DNA from: Eubacteriales bacterium
GTDB lineage: Bacteria; Bacillota; Clostridia; Oscillospirales; CAG-272
Direction: 5' to 3'
Assembly: GCA_045633625.1 (NCBI GenBank)
Contig: JAZQYP010000038.1
Coordinates: 16,384 to 80,383 of the forward strand
Length of the DNA stretch: 64,000 nucleotides
Translations under genes and position numbers: made by a program
Shown here: positions 10,113 through 19,200 of the stretch, piece by piece
Numbering within the stretch: position 1 is the stretch's first letter
Layout: each line of letters starts with the position of its first letter
The notes under the pieces: model-generated
Told to the model about the DNA's origin: nothing
The model's input: only the letters and a program-made list of their open reading frames with translations
Databases searched by the model: none

Positions 10113-10344
10113 TCAAATTTTGATTTGTCGGTGGGTTAAAAAGAAGAATCCCCCCAAGACGAAGCCTTCCCCTTGAGGGGAAGGTGGCACGGAGTGTAGC
10201 GGAGTGACGGATGAGGTGTCGTAGGATTTGTAATGTTTATCACTACTCATCCACCGCTGTCGCGGTCCCCCGACCCACCCCTGCAAGGGAAGGCTTTAAA
10301 AGTTGTCTGCGACAAAAAACTACACACCGATAAATCCCAATTTG
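10113..10344. repeat. MITE-like intergenic element, copy B (about 232 bp, long imperfect foldback)
   Basis: The ends are caaattttgatttgtcggtg and caccgataaatcccaatttg (reverse complement caaattgggatttatcggtg, 17/20 with the left end). Inner inverted repeats are aagccttccccttgagggg / cccctgcaagggaaggctt. Confidence 0.55.
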
Positions 10345-10351
10345 TATGTTC

Positions 10352-10405
10352 TAACAAAAAAATGGCGCACCTGAAAAAACAGGTGCGCCAAATATGTTTT
10401 TTATT
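10352..10405. terminator. Bidirectional rho-independent terminator between convergent genes
   Basis: 10-bp GC-rich stem ggcgcacctg / caggtgcgcc with loop aaaaaa. An A-run lies on the left and a T-run on the right. Confidence 0.7.
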
Positions 10406-10456
10406 AAAGCTCCTCGACGAGATTTACTCCGTCAGCACGGGTGGATTTTTTCTATA

Positions 10457-12019
10457 TTATTCTATTCCCTCGGCTTCCGTGAGTTCTGCTATTTTCATCA
10501 TAGAGAACGCAACGTGTATCTGACAGTTGATCCAATAATTGCGTTTGCCCTCGGAGCAATCTTCTCCTATCCAGAACGTAGGGGACTGACCTGTCTTCAT
10601 ATCCATTCTTCTCGTTACGGTGTCGGCAAGAGTCAGCGCCTTTTCGAGATAGAGACGGTCTTTTGTCAGGCGGTACATATTTGTAAAGCCCGTCATTATG
10701 GTCACGGCGCTCGAATCGATAGGTCCATAGCAGAAATACTGCTCAAGTCCTGCGGGTGTGTGGTGAGGAACGAATTTCGCATTAGGATTCCAACGTGGAA
10801 ACTCTCCCCAAAGGACGAACTGGTCCTCAATGAAGCGCATAAGATCAATAGCCTCTGCAACCATATTTTTGTCATCCGAAAGATTGTCTGCGATATAACC
10901 TATCATATTGTTTGCAGCAAAATGCGTCAGATTTTTATAGTTGCCCGAAACCTTTACGTCCTCAAACTGACCTTCCCATTTATACGTTTTGAGACATGCT
11001 TCTTTTATGTAATTAAAATGCGCTATCTCAAGCTCGTGCCAGCATTCATCATTCGTCATTTTATAGAGTCTTGCAAAAAAATTAACGAATCTGAACTCTA
11101 TGCAGATATTTTCTGACAGGGGCTTGCCTGTCTTGCAATCAAAGAGCAAATACCAGCTTCCGCAGGGAAGAACCGTTCTTTTATAGTACTCTGCAATGCG
11201 GAGCGTAGCATCATAATATTTTTTGTCATTCGTCGCCTCGTAAAGAGTAAGAAGCGCGCCTGCGGCAGATATAGGATATATCATCATAGTTGTGCCAAGT
11301 GCACCTTCTGCGGCGGGAGCAACCTTATTCACCGATTCGGCATCAAGATCCTTAAATGAATACGTTGGTGGTAAGAATGCCAAGGGCTCATCCTTGCCGG
11401 GCGTTATGGAAAGCAGATAATCGGCAGCGCGTCGCGCAAGCTTTATGGCATTATCGGCATTTTCGGGTTCAAGACTTGCGTATGCCACCATTGCTCTTAT
11501 TATGCTTTCTATCGTTTTGGCGGGGTATGCGTTATGAGCATAGTCAGGCTTAGGAAGTCCGTGATCGAGCCAATATTTAACCGCGGGATCGTTATAAACG
11601 TATCTGAATGCCATTTTCGCGCACTCACGATACGAGCAGGTCTTTGCGGGATAGGCGGAGCGTCCGGGAAAGGGCGCGCATTTATAAAAGGTTCTTACCC
11701 CCGCAACGTGCAGGGCGTTATCACTTGAATCGAGTGCCTCGACGGTAAGAGTAACAAAGCCCTCGGGAATATCCTTCCAGATAGGTGCAAGAGAAGCCTC
11801 GGAGCTCTCATCGGTAAATGTGTGAAGCAGTCCGTTCTTATCCTTTGCGGTATATAGGTATTTACATCCTCTGGGAAGAGTAGGAAAGCAGAACTTTGGT
11901 ACGAACATAAACTGCGATGAGTACACGTTCCAATATGCTCTTCCGTTTGTACCGCCGGGATGAGCCATACATTCTTCGCTGTTGCATTCAAGCAAGGCTT
12001 GCTTTGCGTAGGTGTCCAT
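10457..12019 (-). CDS. Uncharacterised 520-aa cytoplasmic protein (possibly an alpha/alpha-toroid glycosidase/lyase-like fold; tentative)
   Basis: Long ORF with ordinary composition and no signal peptide. Its start lies 23 nt downstream of the MgtC gene pair on the same strand. I do not recognise the family. Confidence 0.75.
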   Translation of the reverse strand: MDTYAKQALLECNSEECMAHPGGTNGRAYWNVYSSQFMFVPKFCFPTLPRGCKYLYTAKDKNGLLHTFTDESSEASLAPIWKDIPEGFVTLTVEALDSSDNALHVAGVRTFYKCAPFPGRSAYPAKTCSYRECAKMAFRYVYNDPAVKYWLDHGLPKPDYAHNAYPAKTIESIIRAMVAYASLEPENADNAIKLARRAADYLLSITPGKDEPLAFLPPTYSFKDLDAESVNKVAPAAEGALGTTMMIYPISAAGALLTLYEATNDKKYYDATLRIAEYYKRTVLPCGSWYLLFDCKTGKPLSENICIEFRFVNFFARLYKMTNDECWHELEIAHFNYIKEACLKTYKWEGQFEDVKVSGNYKNLTHFAANNMIGYIADNLSDDKNMVAEAIDLMRFIEDQFVLWGEFPRWNPNAKFVPHHTPAGLEQYFCYGPIDSSAVTIMTGFTNMYRLTKDRLYLEKALTLADTVTRRMDMKTGQSPTFWIGEDCSEGKRNYWINCQIHVAFSMMKIAELTEAEGIE

Positions 12020-12042
12020 TTTTTTCTCCTTTTATTTGAAAC

Positions 12043-12735
12043 TTAAAGTTCTTCGACTAAAATCACTCCGTTTGTGCGCGCGATATAGGACATTATCTCG
12101 GCGTGCGAGGTGCGTCTTGGGGTCTGCAGAGAGAAAACCACCGAGGGATTTTTATTTTCTGCCGATTTTGTTATCTCAAGGTCAACTATGTAGCCGCCCT
12201 TGCGCTTTATCGTGTCAATAATTCCGCCGAGCTTTTCGTTATCCACGTACTCAACGTAGACGTTAAAGGAGCGCGAATTTGAGATTATGTAGTATTCAAG
12301 ACGGGAGAAAATTATCTCTGCCGCAAGGATTATGACGGTAGCGACGATCGCACCCTCAAAAAATCCAGCTCCCGAGCAAAGTCCCACGATAGCCGAGACC
12401 CAAAGGCCCGCTGCGGTTGTAAGTCCCTTTACCTGACGGCGACGAGTGACGATTATAGCACCCGCACCGATAAAACCGATGCCCGCGATTACCTGTGCGC
12501 CAAGACGCGCGGGGTCAGCGGTAAGTCCTAATTCAAAGATAACGTATTGGCTCGTCAGCGTCGTCATAGCCGCACCAAGACATATAAGAATGTGCGTTCT
12601 GAAACCCGCAGGACGTCTTTTTCTTTCGCGCTCAAGACCTATAATTCCGCCACAGAGGACGGCAAGAAAAAGCCTTACTATCACCGAGAGGGTATTCAGT
12701 TCTTCCGTTCTTAAAAAATTAAGAAAATCAAGCAT
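12043..12735 (-). CDS. MgtC/SapB family membrane protein
   Basis: 230 aa with the MgtC signature region GGIIGLERERKRRPAGFRTHILICLGAA, four to five TM helices, and a soluble ACT-like C-terminal domain. Confidence 0.88.
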   Translation of the reverse strand: MLDFLNFLRTEELNTLSVIVRLFLAVLCGGIIGLERERKRRPAGFRTHILICLGAAMTTLTSQYVIFELGLTADPARLGAQVIAGIGFIGAGAIIVTRRRQVKGLTTAAGLWVSAIVGLCSGAGFFEGAIVATVIILAAEIIFSRLEYYIISNSRSFNVYVEYVDNEKLGGIIDTIKRKGGYIVDLEITKSAENKNPSVVFSLQTPRRTSHAEIMSYIARTNGVILVEEL

Positions 12736-12737
12736 AT

Positions 12738-13430
12738 TTATACCTCCTCAATGATTCGTGTACCCGAGTGCTCGGCAATTGCCGCAATGACCGTGGTGTG
12801 TGATTTTTTCTTCGGCAGACGAAGTGTGAAAATAGCCGAAGGGTAGGGGCGCGCCTCTGACGCTTTTGCCTTGTTTATCTCAACGTCAAAAATTCTCACG
12901 TCGTGTTTTCTCAGCACTCTTGTGATCTCGGCAATATCGTCGACCGACTCGCATTCTATGTAAAGATTTACGTTTCGCGAGTGATGAAGTATAAAATTCT
13001 CAAGCCTTGAGAAAACGATGATCGTCACAAGTATAAACAGACACCCCGCAACAGCGCCGATATAAAAGCCCGCTCCAATTGCAAGTCCCATACAGGCAGA
13101 AGCCCAAAGTCCTGCGGCGGTGGTGAGCCCCTTTATCTGCTGCTTGCCCGTAATAATTATCGTGCCCGCACCAAGAAAGCCTATGCCGTTTATCACCTGT
13201 GCGCCAAATCTTGTGACGTCGGTGGATATACCCGCCGTCTGCCACACGTCAGCCGTCATAACGGCGAGATACTCGCCAAGTATCATAGTCAGCGCCGCGC
13301 CGACACAGACTATCATATGAGTTCTAAAGCCTGCAGGGCGGTGCTTTTTGCCACGCTCGATGCCTATAATTCCACCGCAAACGACTGCGATTGCGAGGCG
13401 CAACGCGGTTTCCCAGAAATTAAGTGTCAT
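12738..13430 (-). CDS. MgtC/SapB family membrane protein (tandem paralogue)
   Basis: 230 aa with GGIIGIERGKKHRPAGFRTHMIVCVGAA. It has the same architecture as the neighbour, and only 2 nt separate the two genes. Confidence 0.88.
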   Translation of the reverse strand: MTLNFWETALRLAIAVVCGGIIGIERGKKHRPAGFRTHMIVCVGAALTMILGEYLAVMTADVWQTAGISTDVTRFGAQVINGIGFLGAGTIIITGKQQIKGLTTAAGLWASACMGLAIGAGFYIGAVAGCLFILVTIIVFSRLENFILHHSRNVNLYIECESVDDIAEITRVLRKHDVRIFDVEINKAKASEARPYPSAIFTLRLPKKKSHTTVIAAIAEHSGTRIIEEV

Positions 13431-13504
13431 AAGCTTCTCCTTTCAAAAAAGACTCTGCCTTGATAATAAATAATTATATCATAAGCAGAGTCTTTATGCA
13501 AGAG

Positions 13505-14764
13505 TTAATTTATAAGTCGCACCGAAAAGGAGAGAAGCTGTCCTTTTCTGAAAACCGTCACCGTCACGCTATCGGCAGGGTTATAATTTGAAAGCTCTTT
13601 TGAGAGGGAAGCCGTGTTGGCTACAGGTGCGCCGTTTACCGAAACGATAACGTCGCCCGTGCGGAGCTTTTGCGCCGCATCGCAGTCGGTGGGATCAAAT
13701 TTGGCTATGGTAACACCAAGCAGTGTTTTGCCATCGACCTTGCCCGAGAAATTCTGCCCTGCGATGCCAAGCCTTGCGGCGTGTCTTGCAACGGCGGATA
13801 TTTTGTCGCTACTAGGCGTCACCCCTGCTATCATATCGTCAAGTATCGGCGCGGCTCTGTCAATCGGAATGGCAAAGCCTATGCCGTCAAATCCCGACCC
13901 CAGCTTCATCGTGACGATACCGACTACCTTGCCGTGTGTGTCAAAAACAGGACCGCCCGAGTTGCCGGGATTTAGTGCCGCGCTTGTCTGAATGAGAGTC
14001 ATTTTCTTTTTGAGAGTCCCCGCAGTCTCGTCATAAATGTAGACCACGCGGTCATTGTAGGAGACGTCCCCCCTCGTCATAGTTCCCGCAAATTCTATCG
14101 ACGCAGGCGTGCCGATAGCCACAAGCTCCTCACCGACGAGCAGGGAGGAGGAGTCGCCAAGCGAGAGAGCGGGCAGGCCCTTTGCCTCAATTTTCAGCAC
14201 CGCAAGGTCGCAAAGCTCGTTGCCACCAACAACGTTTGCCGCAAATTCTTCACCGCTTGCGGTAATGACACTGATATTTTCCATTTCATTTATCACGTGG
14301 TATGCCGTGGCAATATAGCCGTCGGAGCGGTAGACAAATCCCGTGCCGATACCCTCCTTGCCCTTTGCGGTGGCGTGGATAGAGACCACAGAGCCAATAG
14401 ATGTCGTGTATATCTCTTGCGGAGTCAGCACCCCATCGGCAGTGCTCAGGTCCTTAATATAAATGGTCTTCGTTCCGCTTTCACTCTCGTCGGTCTTTTC
14501 CGTGCCGTCGCTTTCGGCAATTGGTGCACTGTTTCTCTGCAGAGAGACGGTAAAGACTGCAAAAAAGGAGAATGCGGCAAGCAGCAGAATGCACAAAATA
14601 AGCATTCCCGAAAAATTCGGCTCCTTTTTCTTCTTTTGATTTTGTTTTCCCTCGGTATATTCCCATTTGAACGCAAAATCAGCCGTGTCGCTATTTTTTG
14701 GCAGAGATGCGTCGGTTTCCTTGCTCATAGGCAGATTTTCGTTGCCATTTTTCTTATCATCCAT
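13505..14764 (-). CDS. HtrA/DegP-family serine protease with TM anchor and PDZ domain
   Basis: Catalytic triad contexts TAYHVI, CDLAVLKI and GNSGGPV, with a C-terminal PDZ-like segment. The start is placed at MDDKKNG; the upstream ATG at 14809 has no RBS. Confidence 0.9.
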   Translation of the reverse strand: MDDKKNGNENLPMSKETDASLPKNSDTADFAFKWEYTEGKQNQKKKKEPNFSGMLILCILLLAAFSFFAVFTVSLQRNSAPIAESDGTEKTDESESGTKTIYIKDLSTADGVLTPQEIYTTSIGSVVSIHATAKGKEGIGTGFVYRSDGYIATAYHVINEMENISVITASGEEFAANVVGGNELCDLAVLKIEAKGLPALSLGDSSSLLVGEELVAIGTPASIEFAGTMTRGDVSYNDRVVYIYDETAGTLKKKMTLIQTSAALNPGNSGGPVFDTHGKVVGIVTMKLGSGFDGIGFAIPIDRAAPILDDMIAGVTPSSDKISAVARHAARLGIAGQNFSGKVDGKTLLGVTIAKFDPTDCDAAQKLRTGDVIVSVNGAPVANTASLSKELSNYNPADSVTVTVFRKGQLLSFSVRLIN

Positions 14765-14840
14765 AAAAAACACGTCCTTTCTTTCATAAATTTTTGCCCC
14801 GCAGGACATTTTTTATGCAGAAAGGACGCGTTGTTATATT

Positions 14841-16292
14841 TTATTGACCCTTAATTGTAAATCCAAAGAAGCAATTTTTGCCGTATTCGCTCTCGGCAAA
14901 TATTTCCTCGCCGTGAGCCTCGATTATCGTTTTTGAGATGAACAGACCAAGTCCTACACCCGTCTTGTCAAGTCCGCGGCTCTTGTCGCTCTTGTAAAAT
15001 CTCTCAAAGACGTGCGGCAGATCCTTTGGCGAGATGCCCTCACCCTCGTTATACACACCAACAAGGTATCTTCTGCCCTTGTGCTTTTTGACTGACACGC
15101 GTAGGAGTCCGCCTTCCTTCGAGAACTTCACCGCGTTGTCGCAGATGTTGTAGAATATCTGGTATATCGCGTCTCTGTCGGCAATTGCCGTTATGTTATC
15201 CTCGTCGAGATCGAAGTCGATAGTCAGCTTTTTCTCATCAATCTTCTTTTCAAAGGAGAAGAGTATCTGCCTTGCCATCTCGCAAATATCAAAGGGAGCC
15301 ATAGTGAACTTTCTCTCGCCCGCCTGGATCTTCGAGAGGTCAAGCAGAGTCGCAACAAGTCGGGACAACCTCTTTACCTCGTCGGAGATTATCTTAAGAT
15401 AGTGCGTGTGCTTTTCGGGCGGGATGACACCGTCAAGAATGCCGTCGACAAAGCCCGATATCGAGGTCATAGGACTTCGCAGATCGTGTGAGACGTTCGA
15501 AATAAAGGTGTTACGCATCTTCTCATAGCTGTCAAGTGACTCCGCCATATTGTTGAAGGTGGCGGCAAGCTCGGCTATTTCATCGTGACCCCTGACCTCA
15601 ACGCGCACGTCAAAATCTCCCTTTGCAAAGCTCTTTGCGGCGCGGCTTATCTGACGCAGAGGGGATATAACTCTCTCACTTATGACGTAAACGGCAATAA
15701 GTGCCGCAAGCATTACCCAAAGTATTGCAACTATGACAAGCTTTACGATATCGGAAAGCAAAGAGGAGAGGATAACCGTAGTGGAGCAGGCGTAGACGGT
15801 GCCGACCGCCTCGTTTGCGGCATTTTTGACCGATGCGGCAAGTACGATGTGCGACTCGTCGAATATGTTGTCCTCGGTGGGAATAAGAAAGAGCTCTCCC
15901 TCCTCGGCGGAATACTCCTTAAAGCTCTCGGGGAGCACCTTTGTCGACAAGGCACTCTCTGCATTGGCACCGTATGCCGAGATTATTCCTCCCTCGCTGT
16001 CGGTGAGTATGAGAGTCACGTCCTCCTTGGCGTACGAGAGTGAGGACAGTATTGCAGAGACCTCCTCGGGATAGTGCTCGTAAAGCTCGGTAAGCGTCGT
16101 GCTTCCCGATATATTCATCTGCGCTGAAAGATATGCCTCACCCGAGATTGCCGACGAGCGCAGAAGATCCTCCTTGGCGTCTCTTGAGTAGTTGCCAATG
16201 ATCGACGTGATGATACCGATGATCACGGCAAAGCTCAGAGAGATTATTACCATAAAGGCAAAAACGTATTTTGCATATATACTTTTGAACAT
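14841..16292 (-). CDS. Sensor histidine kinase (TM-sensor-TM, HAMP, HisKA, HATPase_c)
   Basis: H-box SNVSHDLRSPMTSI, N-box NICDNAVKFS, G-box GVGLGLFISKTI, and a HAMP-like segment after TM2. Confidence 0.92.
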   Translation of the reverse strand: MFKSIYAKYVFAFMVIISLSFAVIIGIITSIIGNYSRDAKEDLLRSSAISGEAYLSAQMNISGSTTLTELYEHYPEEVSAILSSLSYAKEDVTLILTDSEGGIISAYGANAESALSTKVLPESFKEYSAEEGELFLIPTEDNIFDESHIVLAASVKNAANEAVGTVYACSTTVILSSLLSDIVKLVIVAILWVMLAALIAVYVISERVISPLRQISRAAKSFAKGDFDVRVEVRGHDEIAELAATFNNMAESLDSYEKMRNTFISNVSHDLRSPMTSISGFVDGILDGVIPPEKHTHYLKIISDEVKRLSRLVATLLDLSKIQAGERKFTMAPFDICEMARQILFSFEKKIDEKKLTIDFDLDEDNITAIADRDAIYQIFYNICDNAVKFSKEGGLLRVSVKKHKGRRYLVGVYNEGEGISPKDLPHVFERFYKSDKSRGLDKTGVGLGLFISKTIIEAHGEEIFAESEYGKNCFFGFTIKGQ

Positions 16293-16348
16293 ATATACCT
16301 CGCGGAATATTATTTTTGGGCTGCAGACGCGCCACAGCCCAAAAGAAG

Positions 16349-17041
16349 TTATCCTAAAATTTCAAATTTGTAGCCTACGCCCCAAACCGTCTTGAGCATC
16401 CATTTTTCAGACACGCCCTCAAGCTTCTCACGCAGACGCTTTACGTGAACGTCAACCGTTCTTGAGTCGCCGAGATAGTCAAAGCCCCAGACCTTGTCAA
16501 GAAGCTGGTCACGCGTGAATACACGGTTGTAGTTCGATGCGAGGAAGTAGAGAAGCTCGAGCTCCTTGGGGGGCACGTCAACGGGCTTGCCGAGGAGCTT
16601 CAGCTCATATTTCTGAAGGCTTATCTCAATGTTCTCAAATTTGATGACCTCATCATCGCTCGGGTTTGCGTGCGACTGATAGCGGCGAAGCACCGCCTTT
16701 ACACGCGCCGAGAGCTCCTTCATATCAAAGGGTTTTACAACGAAGTCGTCAGCACCGAGCTCAAGACCCAGCACCTTGTCAAAGACCTCGCCCTTTGCCG
16801 TTATCATAATGATGGGCTTTGAGGACATCTCTCTTATCTCGCGGCAGACCTGCCAGCCGTCCTTGCGGGGAAGCATAATGTCGAGAAGCACGAGGTCGGG
16901 CTCGTACATCTTGAATGCGCTGATGCCCTCCATACCGTCAGAAGCGGTCTTTACCTCATAGCCCTCCTTCTCAAAGTAGAGCTTGAGTAGCTCGCATATA
17001 TTGCTGTCGTCGTCAATGACGAGTATTTTCGTATCAAGCAT
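16349..17041 (-). CDS. OmpR-family response regulator
   Basis: Receiver domain (ILVIDDD, LVLLDIMLP, ITAKG) plus a winged-helix output domain (VDVHVKRLREKL, TVWGVGYKF). Confidence 0.95.
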   Translation of the reverse strand: MLDTKILVIDDDSNICELLKLYFEKEGYEVKTASDGMEGISAFKMYEPDLVLLDIMLPRKDGWQVCREIREMSSKPIIMITAKGEVFDKVLGLELGADDFVVKPFDMKELSARVKAVLRRYQSHANPSDDEVIKFENIEISLQKYELKLLGKPVDVPPKELELLYFLASNYNRVFTRDQLLDKVWGFDYLGDSRTVDVHVKRLREKLEGVSEKWMLKTVWGVGYKFEILG

Positions 17042-17194
17042 ATTAAAATTCCTCCTTTAAGGGAAATTTATCCATTTTCTACATTATATCACACAACCCA
17101 AAGTTTGTAAATAACTTTTTGATTTTTCACAAAATTTTCAATTTGCCTTGAAAAAATCGTCAAAATACGCTATAGTTCAATACAGACAATATTT

Positions 17195-17226
17195 CAGCCG
17201 CGCTATCACGCGCGGCTGTTTTTTTA
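17195..17226 (+). terminator. Terminator-like hairpin (stem cagccgcgc/gcgcggctg plus T7)
   Basis: 9-bp GC stem followed by T7 on the + strand. The T-run overlaps the stop codon of the minus-strand nagB-like gene. The same stem sequence occurs at 23926-23957. Confidence 0.5.
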
Positions 17227-18027
17227 TTCGGATACAAGACCGTTTGCTACCGATTCGTAGGTGCAGAAGGTAGTGTTTGGATGATTTTGCAAAAGACTTG
17301 CGGGGATCTTTGGCGTAGGCGTATCGTTTAGAACGTGCTTTACGATTCCGTGCTGCCAATCGCGGTTGAGCGCGATGTATATCTTCCTTGCAGAAAGTAT
17401 CTGCTTCATACCCACTGTGATACACCATTTGGGCATGCCGCGGAGGTCGCCGCGCTGATAGCCGTAGGCGTTGATAGTCTGGGTCTCACGCGAGATAGGC
17501 AGGACTCTTGTCGGGAGCTCAGCATACTCCTCCACGGTGGTATCGTCACCTTCTTCGGTGGGCTCGTTGAATGCTATGTGTCCGTTTATGCCAAGTCCGC
17601 CAAGACAGAGGTCAACTCCTCCAAGGCTATCGATAAGCTCGTCAAACTCCTTCTCGCTGCCAGGGCAGGGGAATCTGCGCTGATTTTCGGGCATAACGAG
17701 ATCCTTGTCTACTCTTGAATAAAACTCATCGTTCATTCTCTTGTGGAAGCTCATCTTGTCCTCAAAATCAATGCAGGTGTCGGGAGTGATGAGATACTCG
17801 TCCATATTAAAGAACCACACGTTATGAAGTGGAACGCGAAGCTGATTTACAAGACGGGCAAGAAGGGGATACTGATTTGTAGGGCCTACGGGCACTATCA
17901 TTACGGTTGATTTTCCTATCGCGTTGTTTTTCATTATCTCCTCGAGCATAACGAGCGCCATATCAAAATATACGTCCCATTCGGTTCCTACCGTTTTAAG
18001 AGTCATTCCGTTTATTTTTCTTTCCAT
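17224..18027 (-). CDS. Glucosamine-6-phosphate deaminase/isomerase family protein (NagB-like)
   Basis: Motifs FFNMDEY and GLGINGHIAFNEP match the NagB/6-phosphogluconolactonase fold. It is adjacent to nagA. Confidence 0.8.
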   Translation of the reverse strand: MERKINGMTLKTVGTEWDVYFDMALVMLEEIMKNNAIGKSTVMIVPVGPTNQYPLLARLVNQLRVPLHNVWFFNMDEYLITPDTCIDFEDKMSFHKRMNDEFYSRVDKDLVMPENQRRFPCPGSEKEFDELIDSLGGVDLCLGGLGINGHIAFNEPTEEGDDTTVEEYAELPTRVLPISRETQTINAYGYQRGDLRGMPKWCITVGMKQILSARKIYIALNRDWQHGIVKHVLNDTPTPKIPASLLQNHPNTTFCTYESVANGLVSE

Positions 18028-18039
18028 TGTTTGTTCCTT

Positions 18040-19200
18040 TCAGACGGGTATGCCGTCGATATAAATTGCCAAAATATCAAAGTTGTTATCAAGGATGCAT
18101 ATGTCAGCCTGCTTTCCTACCTCAATGCTTCCGATATTTTTTTCCTCGCCAATTATTCTTGCGGGTGTAAGTGTTCCCATTTTTACTGCGTCAACAAGAG
18201 GAATACCCGCCCCGATAAGATTTCTCACCATTTCTCTTACCGACGTTATGCTTCCCGCAAATTTTTCTCCGTCGGCTGTTATTGCGATACCGTCACCTAT
18301 TTTTACGAGCACGGCATCCTCATCAGCACCGAGCTTATAGATGCGGTCGTCCTTTGGCATTCCCGCACAGCGCAAGGAATCGGAGACGACACATACGAGC
18401 TCGCTGCCCTTTGCGCGATATATAAGTCTTGCAAGCTCGGGCGGAATATGTCTGTTGTCTGCAATTATCTCGGCGGTAAGTCGGTCATCGGTAAGCGCAT
18501 ATTCACGAAGGCCTACGTTACGTATGCCCTCCTTGAAGCGAAGCTCGCTCATAGCACAGAACAAATGTGTAAGATGTGTAAGCCCTGCCTCGATAGCGGG
18601 AAGAAATTCGGGGTATATTCCGTCATCGTGGCCGCCCGAAACAACGATCCCCGCAGCTTTGAGCTCCGCCGTCATTTTGTCGGCAGAGGGGAGCTCGGGT
18701 GAGAGGGTGACGGTCTTTATGACGTCGGCATACTCAAGCATATATGAGTAATCGTCCTTCTCGGGTGAGGCAAGCTCCTCGAGCTTCTGCGCGCCGCGGT
18801 TTCTCACCGATAAAAACGGTCCTTCAAGATGCACACCCGCGATCTTGGTGGGAACAGAGTGCTCCTTGGTGCAATATTTCCTTGCAAAATCAAGAAATCT
18901 CACGATACTTTGCTTCGGGGCAGTGCAAGAGGTAGGGACTACCGTAGTTGTGCCATTGTCAAGGTGAAATCGCAGTCCTGTCTCGAAGGCGACGCTGTCG
19001 GCATCCATAAAATCGGCTCCGTAGCCACCGTGGGTATGTATGTCGACAAAGCCTGCCGTGACGTATGCTCCTTTTGCATCGACAGTAGGATATCCGTCAA
19101 GGGAAGCGCCTATTTCCGCAATTTTTCCGTCCTCAATCCGCACGTCGCAGTTAGGAATGGCTTCTTGCGGTGTTATCACAGTGCCGTTTTTAATTACCAT
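18040..19200 (-). CDS. nagA: N-acetylglucosamine-6-phosphate deacetylase
   Basis: 386 aa with amidohydrolase motifs FVDIHTHGGYGADF, HLEGPF and THLFCAM. Confidence 0.9.
   Translation of the reverse strand: MVIKNGTVITPQEAIPNCDVRIEDGKIAEIGASLDGYPTVDAKGAYVTAGFVDIHTHGGYGADFMDADSVAFETGLRFHLDNGTTTVVPTSCTAPKQSIVRFLDFARKYCTKEHSVPTKIAGVHLEGPFLSVRNRGAQKLEELASPEKDDYSYMLEYADVIKTVTLSPELPSADKMTAELKAAGIVVSGGHDDGIYPEFLPAIEAGLTHLTHLFCAMSELRFKEGIRNVGLREYALTDDRLTAEIIADNRHIPPELARLIYRAKGSELVCVVSDSLRCAGMPKDDRIYKLGADEDAVLVKIGDGIAITADGEKFAGSITSVREMVRNLIGAGIPLVDAVKMGTLTPARIIGEEKNIGSIEVGKQADICILDNNFDILAIYIDGIPV

Noticed and set aside
10394-11116. 240-aa + strand ORF
   Set aside because: It overlaps the 520-aa minus-strand CDS and starts inside the bidirectional terminator. 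No RBS is present.
14765-14809. 15-codon N-terminal extension of the HtrA-like gene
   Set aside because: There is no Shine-Dalgarno sequence before the upstream ATG. The downstream ATG (MDDKK) has an AAAGGA upstream.
18031-18702. 223-aa + strand ORF and neighbouring + ORFs through 19276
   Set aside because: They are antisense to nagA, whose amidohydrolase motifs fix the minus frame.
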